The notes under the pieces: generated by a model
Seen by the model: only the letters and a program-made list of their open reading frames with translations
What the model was told of the DNA's origin: nothing
Database searches by the model: none
Translations under genes and position numbers: made by a program
Assembly (NCBI GenBank): GCA_963723505.1
Contig: CAVRQU010000013.1
Location: forward strand, 44,859-68,858
Direction: 5' to 3'
Length of the DNA stretch: 24,000 bases
Origin: an uncultured Gammaproteobacteria bacterium
Lineage (GTDB): Bacteria; Pseudomonadota; Gammaproteobacteria; Steroidobacterales; Steroidobacteraceae
Part shown: piece after piece, positions 7,227-16,810 of the stretch
Numbering within the stretch: position 1 is the stretch's first letter
How the letters are laid out: each line of letters starts with the position of its first letter

Positions 7227-7869
7227 GATCCAATCGTCTTAAACGAAGCAGCGCGCGGGCGCCGTCACAGCCGGAGCAACGGTTCCTGGTAATGCATCGG
7301 CCACGCAACCAACGCGTTGATTTTCGGCCGGTGGAGTTTTCAACAGCGTGCTCAGAGGGCTTGCTTTTTCAGCTGTTGGAACGCCACGACGCGCCACTTG
7401 ACCGTCGCAGTCGTGTTCACGTACAACACTTCACGAAGTAAACAGCGCTCGTTAACGCTTGTTTTGCAGCGTGAATCGCGGTGAGCAACATCGCCACGCC
7501 TGCGCAGCGGAATGAAAGCGCAGGCCGGTTACCGAGGATTCGAATCGTCGGTGTCGTGCAAAAAATACAGCTGCATATTAGTCGTGCGGCGAGTCGGGGG
7601 ACTGGACATGAGTGTGAATCGCACCTGTCGTCCGCGGTCGCGAGACGTTTCGCTCGCGCGCGCCCCACGCGCTCTATTTTCACTTCGGGAATCGTCATGC
7701 GCGCGCATCGCACGCCTGTCTGCGCGAGCGCCTCTCACAAGAACAATCTGCGCTTTGATGAGTACTCAGGCCGGTAAGAGGCCGTCAACAATGGTCCAGA
7801 CCGCGATCGTGAGAATTGCAGGGAATCAACGATAGAACGCCCGCGTTCGAGCCGGGCAAGGGGGTTGCA

Positions 7870-10793
7870 GTGAGTGTCAAGCGTCTATTGCTAATGTCCG
7901 GCGCCTGCGGAGTGCTGGCGACCGCGGTCAGCGCGGCTCTCGCCCAGGACGTGAACGAGGTCGCGGAAGTCGTCATCGTCACCGGCTCATATATTCGCGG
8001 CACGCCGGAGGATGCGGCGTTGCCCGTCGATGTGATTTCTTCGGAGGACCTTGCGAAGCAGGGCGCCCCTTCTACGCTCGAGTTGCTCAAGTCGCTGACC
8101 GTCAGCAATGGCGTGCTCGGCGACACGAACCAGTTTGATGCGCGTGCGCAAGGATCTGAAGGCTCCGGCAGCGTGAACCTGCGCGGCTTCGGGCCCGAGC
8201 GCACGCTGGTGCTCATGAATGGGCGGCGCATGGTCGCAAGTCCGTTCATCGGCGTAGGCGTCGATACGAACCTGATCCCGATGGCCGCAATCGGACGCGT
8301 TGAAGTGCTCAAGGACGGCGCCGCCGCGACCTATGGCTCCGACGCTATCGGCGGCGTCGTGAACTTCATCACCAAGGAGAATCTGCGCGGCGTCGACGTC
8401 GGCGTCGACTACAAGGGGATTGAGGATTCCGACGGCGACTACAGCGCCAGCGGCGCCTTCGGATGGGGCGGCGACCGCGTCAGCGGCCTGTTCGCCGCCG
8501 GCTACCAGCACCGCTCGGAACTGCTGGTGAAGGATCGCGATTGGGCGGCCAGGTCCTATTTCGAGAATCCCCAGGGCGGCTATTCGGCGGCGGGCAATCC
8601 CTCGACGTTCATTCCTCTTGTTGGCGCTACGCCCGCTGGGCTGCTGCGCGATCCGCAATGCGCGAACCTCGGCGGCGTGCCGACGCTGTCGGGCACTACG
8701 CCAGTGTGCCGGTGGCAGTACACGCTGTTCGATGCGCTGACCGAGGAGGAAGATCGTTGGCAGGTGTACGCCGACGTCAACTACGACATCACAGATTCAA
8801 CGACCTTCCACGTCGAGGCGTTGTACGCGGAGACCGAAATACCGATCTACAGGACGTCCCCTTCGTATGCAGCGCTGCAGGCGCCGTCGTCGATCGCTAC
8901 GGGCGGTACGTCTCCTGTAGCGGGACGGTTCTTTATACCGCGCACGCATCCTGCGTGGGATAGTTTCGTCGCGTCGAATCCTGGCGTGTTTCCCGCAACC
9001 TCAACCGGCGCGCTGATCGTTGCGAATCGGCCGTTCGCTCTCGGAGGCAATCCGTTTTTCGGCTATGGATCCTCGGAGGGACCGCGCAACTACGACGGAA
9101 TGCGCGTGTCCGCGAGCCTGAACGGCGAGATCAGCGAGCGTCTGGGTTGGGATGTGGGCGTCACGTACATGGAGGAGAACGCGAGCCGCGAGGGTCGTGA
9201 CACGGTCGTCAATCGATACCAGCTCGCGCTTCGCGGTCTCGGCGGACCGGGCTGCAACGTGGCCGGAAACACTCCCGGCGCGAATGGGTGTTTCTTCTAT
9301 AACCCCTTCTCAAACGCCATTCCCGGCAACGCAGTCACGGGGCAGCAGAACGCAACGTTCAATTCGGCGTTCAGCAACGAGAACCGGCAACTCATCGACT
9401 GGATGTTCCCGGTGGTGTCCACCGACCAGACGACTGACATTCTGGTGGCGGATGCAGTGCTGAACGGCGTCACGGGACTGAAGCTCGGAGGCGGCGAACT
9501 GGCATGGGCGATGGGCGCCCAGTACAGAGACAACCACTACGAGACGCACTACAGCGATCTCAACAACTACGCGGTCACACCCTGCGTCAATTCAATCTCG
9601 ACCGGGATTGTCGGACCCGGCGCGTGCACGCCGTCGCAACTCGCGGCGCCGACCGGAGGATTGATGTTCCTCGGCGGCGCCTTTGACTCCGACCTCGACG
9701 GCGACGTGTACGCCGTGTTCGGCGAATTGAGCATCCCGCTCACCGAGAGCTTCCAGGCGCAACTGGCTGTGCGCTACGAGGACTACGGCGGCGAAGTGGG
9801 GGCGAGCACGGATCCGAAACTGTCGCTGCGGTGGCAACTCACTGACGCGCTCGCGCTGCGCGGTTCGGTCGGCACGACCTTCCGGGTCCGTTGCTGACTG
9901 ACATCAACGACGCATCGGTGACGTCGCTGCAGGATATTCGCGGCACGTTCCGGGCGATCCGCACCTTCGGCAATCCGAGCCTGGAGCCGGAGCAGGCGAC
10001 CACCTTCAACGTCGGCGCCATCGTGAAGACGGGGGCATTCAGCACCTCGCTCGACTATTGGTCATTCGATTTCGAGAATCCAATCGTCGCTGAGCCGCTG
10101 ACGCCGCTGGTCGACTTCGTCTTCCCGAACAACTCGCCGACCTGCAGTTTCTCGAACCCGCTGGTCTCGCGTTTCGCGTTCTCGGGGGCGAACTGCGCTG
10201 CGGCGGAGATCATTCGAGTTGACCGCAACATCATCAACGGACCCGGCGTGAAGACGTCCGGCATCGATCTGAGCACCGAGCTCAACTGGGACATGGGCCC
10301 GGGCCAGGCGACGATCGGCGTCAGCGCGACCTACGTGCTGGATTACGACGTAGCGGCTGCGTTCATCTCCGGCCAACGCGTCGCGAACCCGTTTGACGCC
10401 GCGGGCAAGCTCAACTATCAAACCACGGCGTTTCCGCTGCCTCAGTTGAAAGGCAATCTGTTCGCCGAGTATTCGGTCGGCGCACACAATCTGCGCTACA
10501 CGCTGAACTACATCGACGACTACGAGGATCAGCGGACCGCGCCGTTCCTGCCGAGCAACGACACCAACAACCTCACCATCACGGGCGGCAAGATCATCGA
10601 CGACACGATCATGCACGACCTGCACTATCTGGTGGAGTTGCCCTGGGAAACGGCGCTCAGCCTCTCGGTGGAGAATTTCACCGATGAGGATCCGTCGTTC
10701 GCACGGCTCGATCTGTCGTACGATCCGTTTACGTCCAGCGCTTTCGGGCGCACGTACAAGGTCGGGTTGAGGAAGCGCTTCGGCGCTGACTGA
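7870..10793 (+). pseudogene. TonB-dependent outer-membrane receptor, split by one frameshift as sequenced
   Basis: There is a signal peptide from GTG 7870 (VSVKRLLLMSGACGVLATAVSAALAQ), a plug domain (VVIVTGSYIRG...DVISSEDL...NLRGFG..RTLVLMNGRR), and a C-terminal beta-barrel ending ...GRTYKVGLRKRF. The two ORFs 7816..9897 and 9891..10793 join if one C is added in GGGTCCG (9884-9890), giving TTFRVPLLTDIND. Confidence 0.85.
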
Positions 10794-10830
10794 CGCCGTA
10801 CACAACAACGTCAGGGGGATGTTGATCTTC

Positions 10831-10859
10831 GGGGCGGCGCAAGCCGCCCCTTTCTTTTC
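10831..10859 (+). terminator. Rho-independent terminator after the TonB-dependent receptor
   Basis: GGGGCGGC-GCAA-GCCGCCCC (8-bp GC stem, tetraloop) is followed by TTTCTTTTC, 38 bp after the receptor stop codon. It lies between the convergent receptor and nasA genes. Confidence 0.75.
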
Positions 10860-10893
10860 GTGATCCGAAGAAGTCGGGCTCTGGGCCGCCTCG

Positions 10894-13625
10894 CTACTCT
10901 GCCGCCGTTTCCCAATAGCGATCCGTCAGCAGCATCCTGATTTCCGGAGTACACGAGCCGCAGTTCGTGCCGGCGCGTAATTTCTGACCGACCTCCTGCG
11001 ACGATCTGAGATCAAACCGCGTGATTGCGTCGCAAATCGTCTTGCGTCCGACGCCGAAGCAGGAGCACACGATGGCCCGGTGTCGGCGCGCGGATCGGGC
11101 GGCTGACCGGCACAGCAATCCGACGCGATCGGCCTCATCGATGTGCGTCTTCGCGAAGAGGTCCGACAGCCAGGCGCGGGACGGCAAATCCGGGCGCGGC
11201 GAAGAGAACACGCACGCTGCTATCCGATCGACCAGCAAGCGCGCCGCGATAGACGCCTGCGTTCGGCGTCGAAGTACTCGAGCCAGTCCGCATCCTTGTG
11301 CAGCACGCCGAAGAGCGTGCTGCGCCCATACGGACCAGTCGCCCGGAATGCGCCGGCCCGCAATCTCGCAGCGCCGAAAATGCGCGCCGCGCACGAGCGT
11401 CCACCACACCAGGTCAGGAACCTCGAGCGGCGCGCGCGAGAGGATGAACCCGTGCCAGCTCACGATGAACGGCGTTACGCGCGCCGGCGTATGTTTGAGT
11501 TCCGGTTCGCCGGAAATCGGGTCGACGACAGGATTGACGAGCGCTCCGACGCGCGCGTCGGAGGAGAACTCGCTGCTCCAATGAATCGGCGCGAAGATCA
11601 TGCCGCGCGGCATTTCCCCGCTGATTCGCAGGCGCGCGATGACCGCTCCCCAGTTTGTCGAGACGCGCACCAACTCGCCTTCGCGCGCACCCGCCAGCAG
11701 GGCGTCCTGCGCGTGCATGTCGACGTACGGCTCGGGCGTATGACCGGTCAGTCGCGGCGCCTTGCCGCTGCGAGTCATCGTGTGCCATTGATCGCGAATG
11801 CGTCCCGTATTGAGCACCAGCGGGTATTCGTCGTCGAGCCGACTGACCGGCGCCCGGGGCGTCGTCGGGACGAAGCGCGCCCGCCCGTCGGGGTGATAGA
11901 AACGCCGATCGGTCAGCAATCGCGGCGTACCTGGGTGATCGCGAACGGGTATCGGCCATTGCAGCGGCGCAAGCGCGTCGTATTCGCTGCGGCTCATGGA
12001 CGCGAGGCCGCTGATGTCGAACGCCCGCGCACCCTCGTTTGCGAGGCCGGAGAGCGCCGCATGTTCGATGAAGATTTCATGCGCCGACTCGAACGCGAAT
12101 CCATGGGCGTAACCCATGCGCTGAGCGACGCGAGCGATGATCCACCAGTCCGGCATCGCGTCGCCGGGCGACGGCAGGAACGCGCGCTGCCGCGAGATGC
12201 GCCGGTCCGAGTTCGTCACAGCGCCTTCCTTCTCTCCCCACGCGGCTGCAGGCAGCAGCACGTGGGCAAGCGCGTTCGTATCGGTGCGCTCCACGCAATC
12301 CGACACGACGACGAACTCGCAACGCTGCAACGCCTCTTGCACCTTGTCAGCGTCCGGCAGGCTGACCGCCGGGTTTGTGGCCATGATCCAGACCGCCTTC
12401 ACGCGGCCGTCGTGAATCGCGTCGAACAGCTCCACGGCCTTGAGTCCCGGTGCAGCCGCGATCGCCGGACTGCGCCAGAAGCTCTGGACGATCCTGCGAT
12501 GTTCTGCATCGCTCAACTCCATGTGCGCAGCGAGCATATTGGCGAGTCCACCGACTTCGCGCCCGCCCATCGCATTCGGCTGACCGGTGATGGAGAACGG
12601 GCCCATGCCGGGCCGACCGATGCGACCGGTGAACAGGTGACAGTTGATGATGCTGTTCACCTTGTCGACGCCCGCCGAGGACTGGTTTACGCCTTGCGAG
12701 AACAGCGTGAGCGCCTTTTCCGTGCGTGCAAAGAGACTGTAGAAATCGGTGAGGCGGCGCTCGTCGATCCCGCAGATCTTCGCGACCGCGCGCACGTCCG
12801 CGGCCGTGTTCTCCGCGACCAGCAACGCGCGATCCAGGTCGGCTGTGTGGTTCGCAACGAAATCCGCATCCACGACGCCATGCTGATGCAGGAAGCAGAG
12901 CAGACCGTTGAAGAGCCATACGTCCGTGCCCGCGCGCACCGGCAGATGCAGGTCCGCAAATTCGCACGTTGCTGTACGTCGGGGGTCGATGACGACTATC
13001 CGCAGTTCGGGGCGTAGCTGCTTAGCCTGCAGTGATGCGCTGGAAAATGATCGGATGACACCAGGCGGTGTTCGATCCGACGAGCACCACAAGATCGGCG
13101 AGCGCGACATCGTCGTAGCAGATCGGTACGAGGTCCTCGCCGAACGCGCGTTTATGGCCGGCGACCGCCGAAGACATGCAAAGTCGTGAGTTAGTGTCGA
13201 TGTTCGCGCCGCCGATGAAGCCCTTCATCAGTTTGTTTGCGACGTAGTAGTCCTCCGTCAGCAGTTGGCCGGAGACGTAGAAGGCGATCGCCTGCGGACC
13301 ATGCTGATCGATGACGCGCTGGAAGCGCTGTGCGACGTGATCGAGCGCCTCGTCCCAGGTTGCGCGTTCGCCGTAAACGAGCGGATGCAACAGTCGACCA
13401 TCGAGCCCCAACGTCTCTCCAAGCGCAGAACCTTTCGAGCACAGTCGTCCAGAGTTGGCTGGATGGTCTGGATCGCCCGTGATTTCGTAATCCGCCCCGC
13501 TTCCCGGAGCTCCGCGCCGTCCGGCGGCGCGCGATGACTCCGCAGCCGACGCCGCAGTAGGGACAGGTCGTCCGGACTGACTCCTGAGCGGTGGGCGCGA
13601 AAGCAAGAGCGGGGCGTTCGCTCAT
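10894..13625 (-). pseudogene. nasA: Assimilatory nitrate reductase catalytic subunit (molybdopterin, N-terminal 4Fe-4S, C-terminal BFD-like 2Fe-2S), at least 5 frameshifts as sequenced
   Basis: Starts MSERPALAF...TTCPYCGVGCGV, then ...GDPDHPANSGRLCSKG..., and ends with a C-terminal CSCFGVGRKTICDAI...CGSC. Frame changes occur near 13500-13545 and near 13035 (HPIIFQRI / QAKQLRPELRIVVIDPRRT). Three same-direction shifts lie within 11250-11340 (QHA / LFGVLHKDADWLEYFD / AGVYRGA / LLVDRIAACVF). The ATG at 13625 overlaps the upstream stop (ATGA). Confidence 0.85.
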
Positions 13626-14929
13626 GGGGCGGCGAACGCTGCTCCGAACAGCAGCTTGTCGCGCAGCGCTCCGACGTCGCGTCCTTCAGCCATCAGCTCG
13701 AAATACCAGGGCCCGTCCTTCACGTCGCCGTACAGCACCGCGCCGCGCACCCTGTTGTCCTCGATGACGACGCGTTTGTAGACGCCGCGCTTTGCGTCGC
13801 GCAGCACCAGCGACTCGCTGCGCGGACCTCCAACAAAGTCGCCCGCGGAGAACAGGTCGATACCGCTCACTTTCAACTGAGCAGCAACGAGCGACCCCTT
13901 GTACCGTCCGATGCCGAACTCAGCGAGATGTGTCGCGCAGACGTTCGCCTGCTCGTAGAGCGGCGCGACGAGTCCGTACGTGCTGTTGCGATGCTGGACG
14001 CACTCGCCGACGGCGTAGACCCCCGGATCGAAAGTCTGCATCGTGTCGCTGACCAGCACGCCGCGCTCGCAACGCAGCCCCGCCGCGAGCGCAAGGTCGA
14101 TGTTGGGTCGGATGCCGGCCGCCATGACGACGAGGTCAGCTTCGAGCTCCGAGCCGTCGTCGAACTGCACGGCGCTCACGCGCCGTGCAGCTGGAGGCTG
14201 GAGGCTGGAGGCTGGAGGTAGAGTCGCAAACGGCGCGGTTTCCTCACCATCCATCATCCGTTGTCCGCTGTTCGCCAGAATCGCCGCCGTCTTCGTCGCC
14301 ATCCGGAATTTCAGACCACGCCTCTCGAGCGATTCCTTCAGCAACGTCGCCGCCGCGCGATCGAGCTGGCGTTCCATGAGTGTGTCGAAGATGTGTACGA
14401 CAGTGACGGCCATGCCTCGCTTCAGCAAACCGTTCGCCGCCTCGAGCCCAAGCAGGCCGCCGCCGATGACGACGGCCTTCCTGTGGGTGCGCGACGCCGT
14501 CAGCATTGCCTCGACGTCCTCAAGGTCGCGAAAGGTCACGACGCCCGGCAGGTCCGCACCGGGCACGGGCAACACGAACGGATTCGAGCCGGTCGCGAGC
14601 AGCAGCCGGTCGTACGCAACCTCGACGCCGGCCTTCGATCGCACAAGACGGCGTCTGCGGTCGATCTCGACGATGGGGTCGCCGGTATGGAGGCGTACGC
14701 CTTTCTCGCGGTACCACTCGATGGGATTGAGGATGATCTCATCGACGCGTTTCTCGCCCGCGAGCACAGGCGACAGCAGAATGCGGTTGTAGTTGGGATG
14801 CGGCTCGGCGCCGAACACGGTGATCTCGTAAGCATCCGGGGCGAGTTCCAGCAGTTGCTCAACGACCTTCATTCCGGCCATCCCGTTGCCGACGACGACA
14901 AGCCGGCGCGTCTGCGCGATCTTGCGCAT
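13622..14929 (-). CDS. FAD/NAD(P)H pyridine-nucleotide oxidoreductase, homologous to the N-terminal half of NirB (electron-transfer subunit)
   Basis: The FAD site is MRKIAQTRRLVVVGNGMAGMKVVEQLL and the NAD site is AVVIGGGLLGLEAANGL. It also has DLVVMAAGIRPN and YAVGEC, and ends ...RDKLLFGAAFAAP, the point where full-length NirB continues into its BFD domain. The frame is intact over 1.3 kb. There is no stop between it and the upstream nirD segment (ORF 13622..15007). Confidence 0.8.
   Translation of the reverse strand: MRKIAQTRRLVVVGNGMAGMKVVEQLLELAPDAYEITVFGAEPHPNYNRILLSPVLAGEKRVDEIILNPIEWYREKGVRLHTGDPIVEIDRRRRLVRSKAGVEVAYDRLLLATGSNPFVLPVPGADLPGVVTFRDLEDVEAMLTASRTHRKAVVIGGGLLGLEAANGLLKRGMAVTVVHIFDTLMERQLDRAAATLLKESLERRGLKFRMATKTAAILANSGQRMMDGEETAPFATLPPASSLQPPAARRVSAVQFDDGSELEADLVVMAAGIRPNIDLALAAGLRCERGVLVSDTMQTFDPGVYAVGECVQHRNSTYGLVAPLYEQANVCATHLAEFGIGRYKGSLVAAQLKVSGIDLFSAGDFVGGPRSESLVLRDAKRGVYKRVVIEDNRVRGAVLYGDVKDGPWYFELMAEGRDVGALRDKLLFGAAFAAP
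14191..14218. repeat. Perfect heptanucleotide tandem repeat (CTGGAGG)x4, equal to (CCTCCAG)x4 on the coding strand
   Basis: Read directly: ctggagg ctggagg ctggagg ctggagg at 14191-14218. It lies inside the reductase CDS and encodes ...LPPASSLQPPA... within an extra ~25-residue segment. Confidence 0.95.
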
Positions 14930-15264
14930 CGGTTCGCTCTGCACCGAGATCGCGCCTTCGCTTACACGGGCGGGATAGACGCGAACGGACCGGGTCGCAT
15001 CCTCCATGCAACGGCCGGTGGCGAGATTGAAATGATGCTTGTAGAGGGGCGATGCGACGACGGGCTCGCCCTGCAGGTCGCCGACGAGACCGCGTGACGA
15101 GCACGTTCGCGCCGCTGTTGGGATCGAAGTTGTCGAGCGCGTACACGGTGATCGTTGATGCGAAAGACCGCGATCTGACGGCCATCGATCGAGCGCTGCG
15201 ACGCCGGCCTCCGGCAGCGACTATCATCGAGATCGCAGACAAAGCGCCAGGACGCCGCCTTCAT
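14930..15264 (-). pseudogene. nirD: Nitrite reductase small subunit NirD (Rieske-like fold), 4 frameshifts, no stop, reads in frame into the downstream FAD reductase
   Basis: The pieces lie in different frames: MKAASWRFVCDLDD / SLPEAGVAAL / IDGRQIAVFRINDH / VYALDNFDPNSGANVL / SRGLVGDLQGEPVVASPLYKHHFNLATGRCMEDATRSVRVYPARVSEGAISVQSEP. They are colinear with E. coli-type NirD. The last piece continues directly into MRKIAQ... without a stop. Confidence 0.75.
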
Positions 15265-16670
15265 ACCGCTTCCTTCCGTCGCTCGATCGCGTTCCAGGCG
15301 AGTCGCGGGCCGGATCTGTCCACGCTCTTCAATGAACACGATGTTGTCGTCCGCATGCGATCGGCGTTGACGAAGTGACGGAAGCGCTTCAACGTGGCCG
15401 GGTCGTTGATCGCCTTCCTCCATTCGCATTCGTACGTGCTCGACGACGCGCGCCATCTCGGCTTCGAGCTCGGCGGCGACGCCGAGCTTGTCGTCGATCA
15501 CGACCTGCTCTCAGGTAATCGAGCCCGCCCTCCAGATTGTCGAGCCAGACCGACGTACGTTGCAGGCGATCGGCGGTGCGGATGTAAAACATCAGGAAGC
15601 GATCGATGTAGCGGATGAGCGTCGCCCGGTCGAGATCGCCGACGCAAGCAAATCTGCGTGACGTGGCTTCATGCCGCCATTGCCGCACACAAACAGATTC
15701 CAGCCTTTCTCCGTTGCGATGACGCCGACGTCCTTGCTCTGCGCCTCGGCGCATTCGCGCGTACAGCCGGAAACGGCGCAAGTTTGAGCTTGTGCGGCGC
15801 TCGCAAACCCTTGTAGCGATTCTCGAGCTCGATCGCGAAGCCGACGCTGTCCTGTACGCCGTAGCGGCACCACGTCGATCCGACGCAGGACTTCACGGTG
15901 CGGACGCGCCTTGCCATACGCGTGGCCGGACTCAAATCCCGCCATCGATCAGCTCCTTCCAGATGAGCGGGAGCTGATGCGCGTGCGCGCCGAACAGGTC
16001 GATGCGCTGGCCCCCGGTGATTTTCGTGTAGAGGCCGAATTTTTTCGCGACGGCGCCGATCGCGATCAGCTTATCCGGTGTGATCTCGCCGCCCGGGCAC
16101 GCGCGGAACGACGGAGTACGTGCCGTCCTTCTGCATGTTCGCGAGGAAATAGTCGTTGGTATCCTGCAGCGGCCGCCTTGTCGCGATTGAGCACGAACTC
16201 GTTCCAGCAGGACGCGAGGATGGAGGCGACGGTCGGGTTTGCACACATCGCAACCCAGGCCCCGTGCCATGCTTCGCCAGGACGTCGTCGGAATGATTTG
16301 AGCTCGCCGAGCCGGATCTGGTGAAACAGCTGCTGACGTGAGTACGCAAAGTGTTCGCACAGGTGATTGCTGACGGCGACGCCCTGCGGCCGTGAGTTCA
16401 GCCTTCAGCAGTTGCGCGACGAGCGAACTGCAGCCGCCGCACGATGTCGCCGCCCGCGTGGCCGTCTTGAGCGCCGCGAGCGTCGTGCAGCCCGCATCGA
16501 CGGCGGCGCAGAGCGCGCCCTTGCGTCACGCTGTTGCACGAGCAGATCTGAGCGGTCGCAGGCAGCGCGGCGACGCCTCTGGCCGCGGACTTGGCGCCGC
16601 CGTCGCCCAGCGGCGGGGCGCTCATCTGGCTGGGATCGTCCGGCAGCTTCGTGCCGTCCAGCATCATCAT
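15261..16670 (-). pseudogene. nirB: Nitrite reductase catalytic half (BFD-like 2Fe-2S plus sirohaem/4Fe-4S sulfite-reductase-type domains) lacking the N-terminal FAD domain; at least 14 frameshifts as sequenced
   Basis: The homologous pieces read in order across three frames. They are: ...KLPDDPSQMSAPPLGDGG...AQICSCNSVT / KGALCAAVDAGCTTLAALKTATRAG.SCGGCSSLVAQLLKAEL / AVSNHLCEHFAYSRQQLFHQIRLGELKSF / DVLAKHGTG / GCDVCKP / TVASILASCWNEFVL / LQDTNDYFLANMQKDGTYSVVPRVPG / GEITPDKLIAIGAVAKKFGLYTKITGGQRIDLFGA / FESGHAYGKA / RTVKSCVGSTWCRYG...LRAPHKLKLA / VSGCTRECAEAQSKDVGVIATEKGWNLFVCGNGGMKPRHA / DRFLMFYIRTADRLQRTSVWL / DDKLGVAAELEAEMARVVEH / YECEWRKAINDPATLKRFRHFVNADR / DDNIVFIEERGQIRPA. Confidence 0.8.
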
Positions 16671-16810
16671 GGGGGTGCGCTCATTGTAGTGACTCTCTGA
16701 ATTACTGCTAACCGAAGTGGGACTGCGGCTTCGACAAAACTCGTCTTTCGGGCATCTGCACTAGTTCGATCTCAGGGTAGACGCGTAAATCAGAGCTTCC
16801 CTGGGGCTTC

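Noticed and set aside
7525-7556. T-loop-like GGATTCGAATC suggesting a tRNA or tmRNA fragment
   Set aside because: The flanking sequence cannot be folded into acceptor, D or anticodon arms on either strand. The motif is simply the centre of a 22-bp DNA palindrome.
7700-7869. Cobalamin or TPP riboswitch, or a Fur box, in front of the TonB-dependent receptor
   Set aside because: No B12 box (GCCACTG-like), no TPP CTGAGA...ACCTGATCTGGATAATGCCAGCG core, and no reasonable match to the GATAATGATAATCATTATC Fur consensus could be found by eye. A covariance-model scan would be needed to exclude these formally.
11143-13017. 624-aa plus-strand ORF and other long ORFs antisense to nasA, nirB and narK (for example 14261..15097 and 12347..12967)
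   Set aside because: These are Arg/Ala/Pro-rich shadow ORFs typical of the antisense strand of high-GC genes. The opposite strand carries clear molybdopterin-oxidoreductase and reductase homology.
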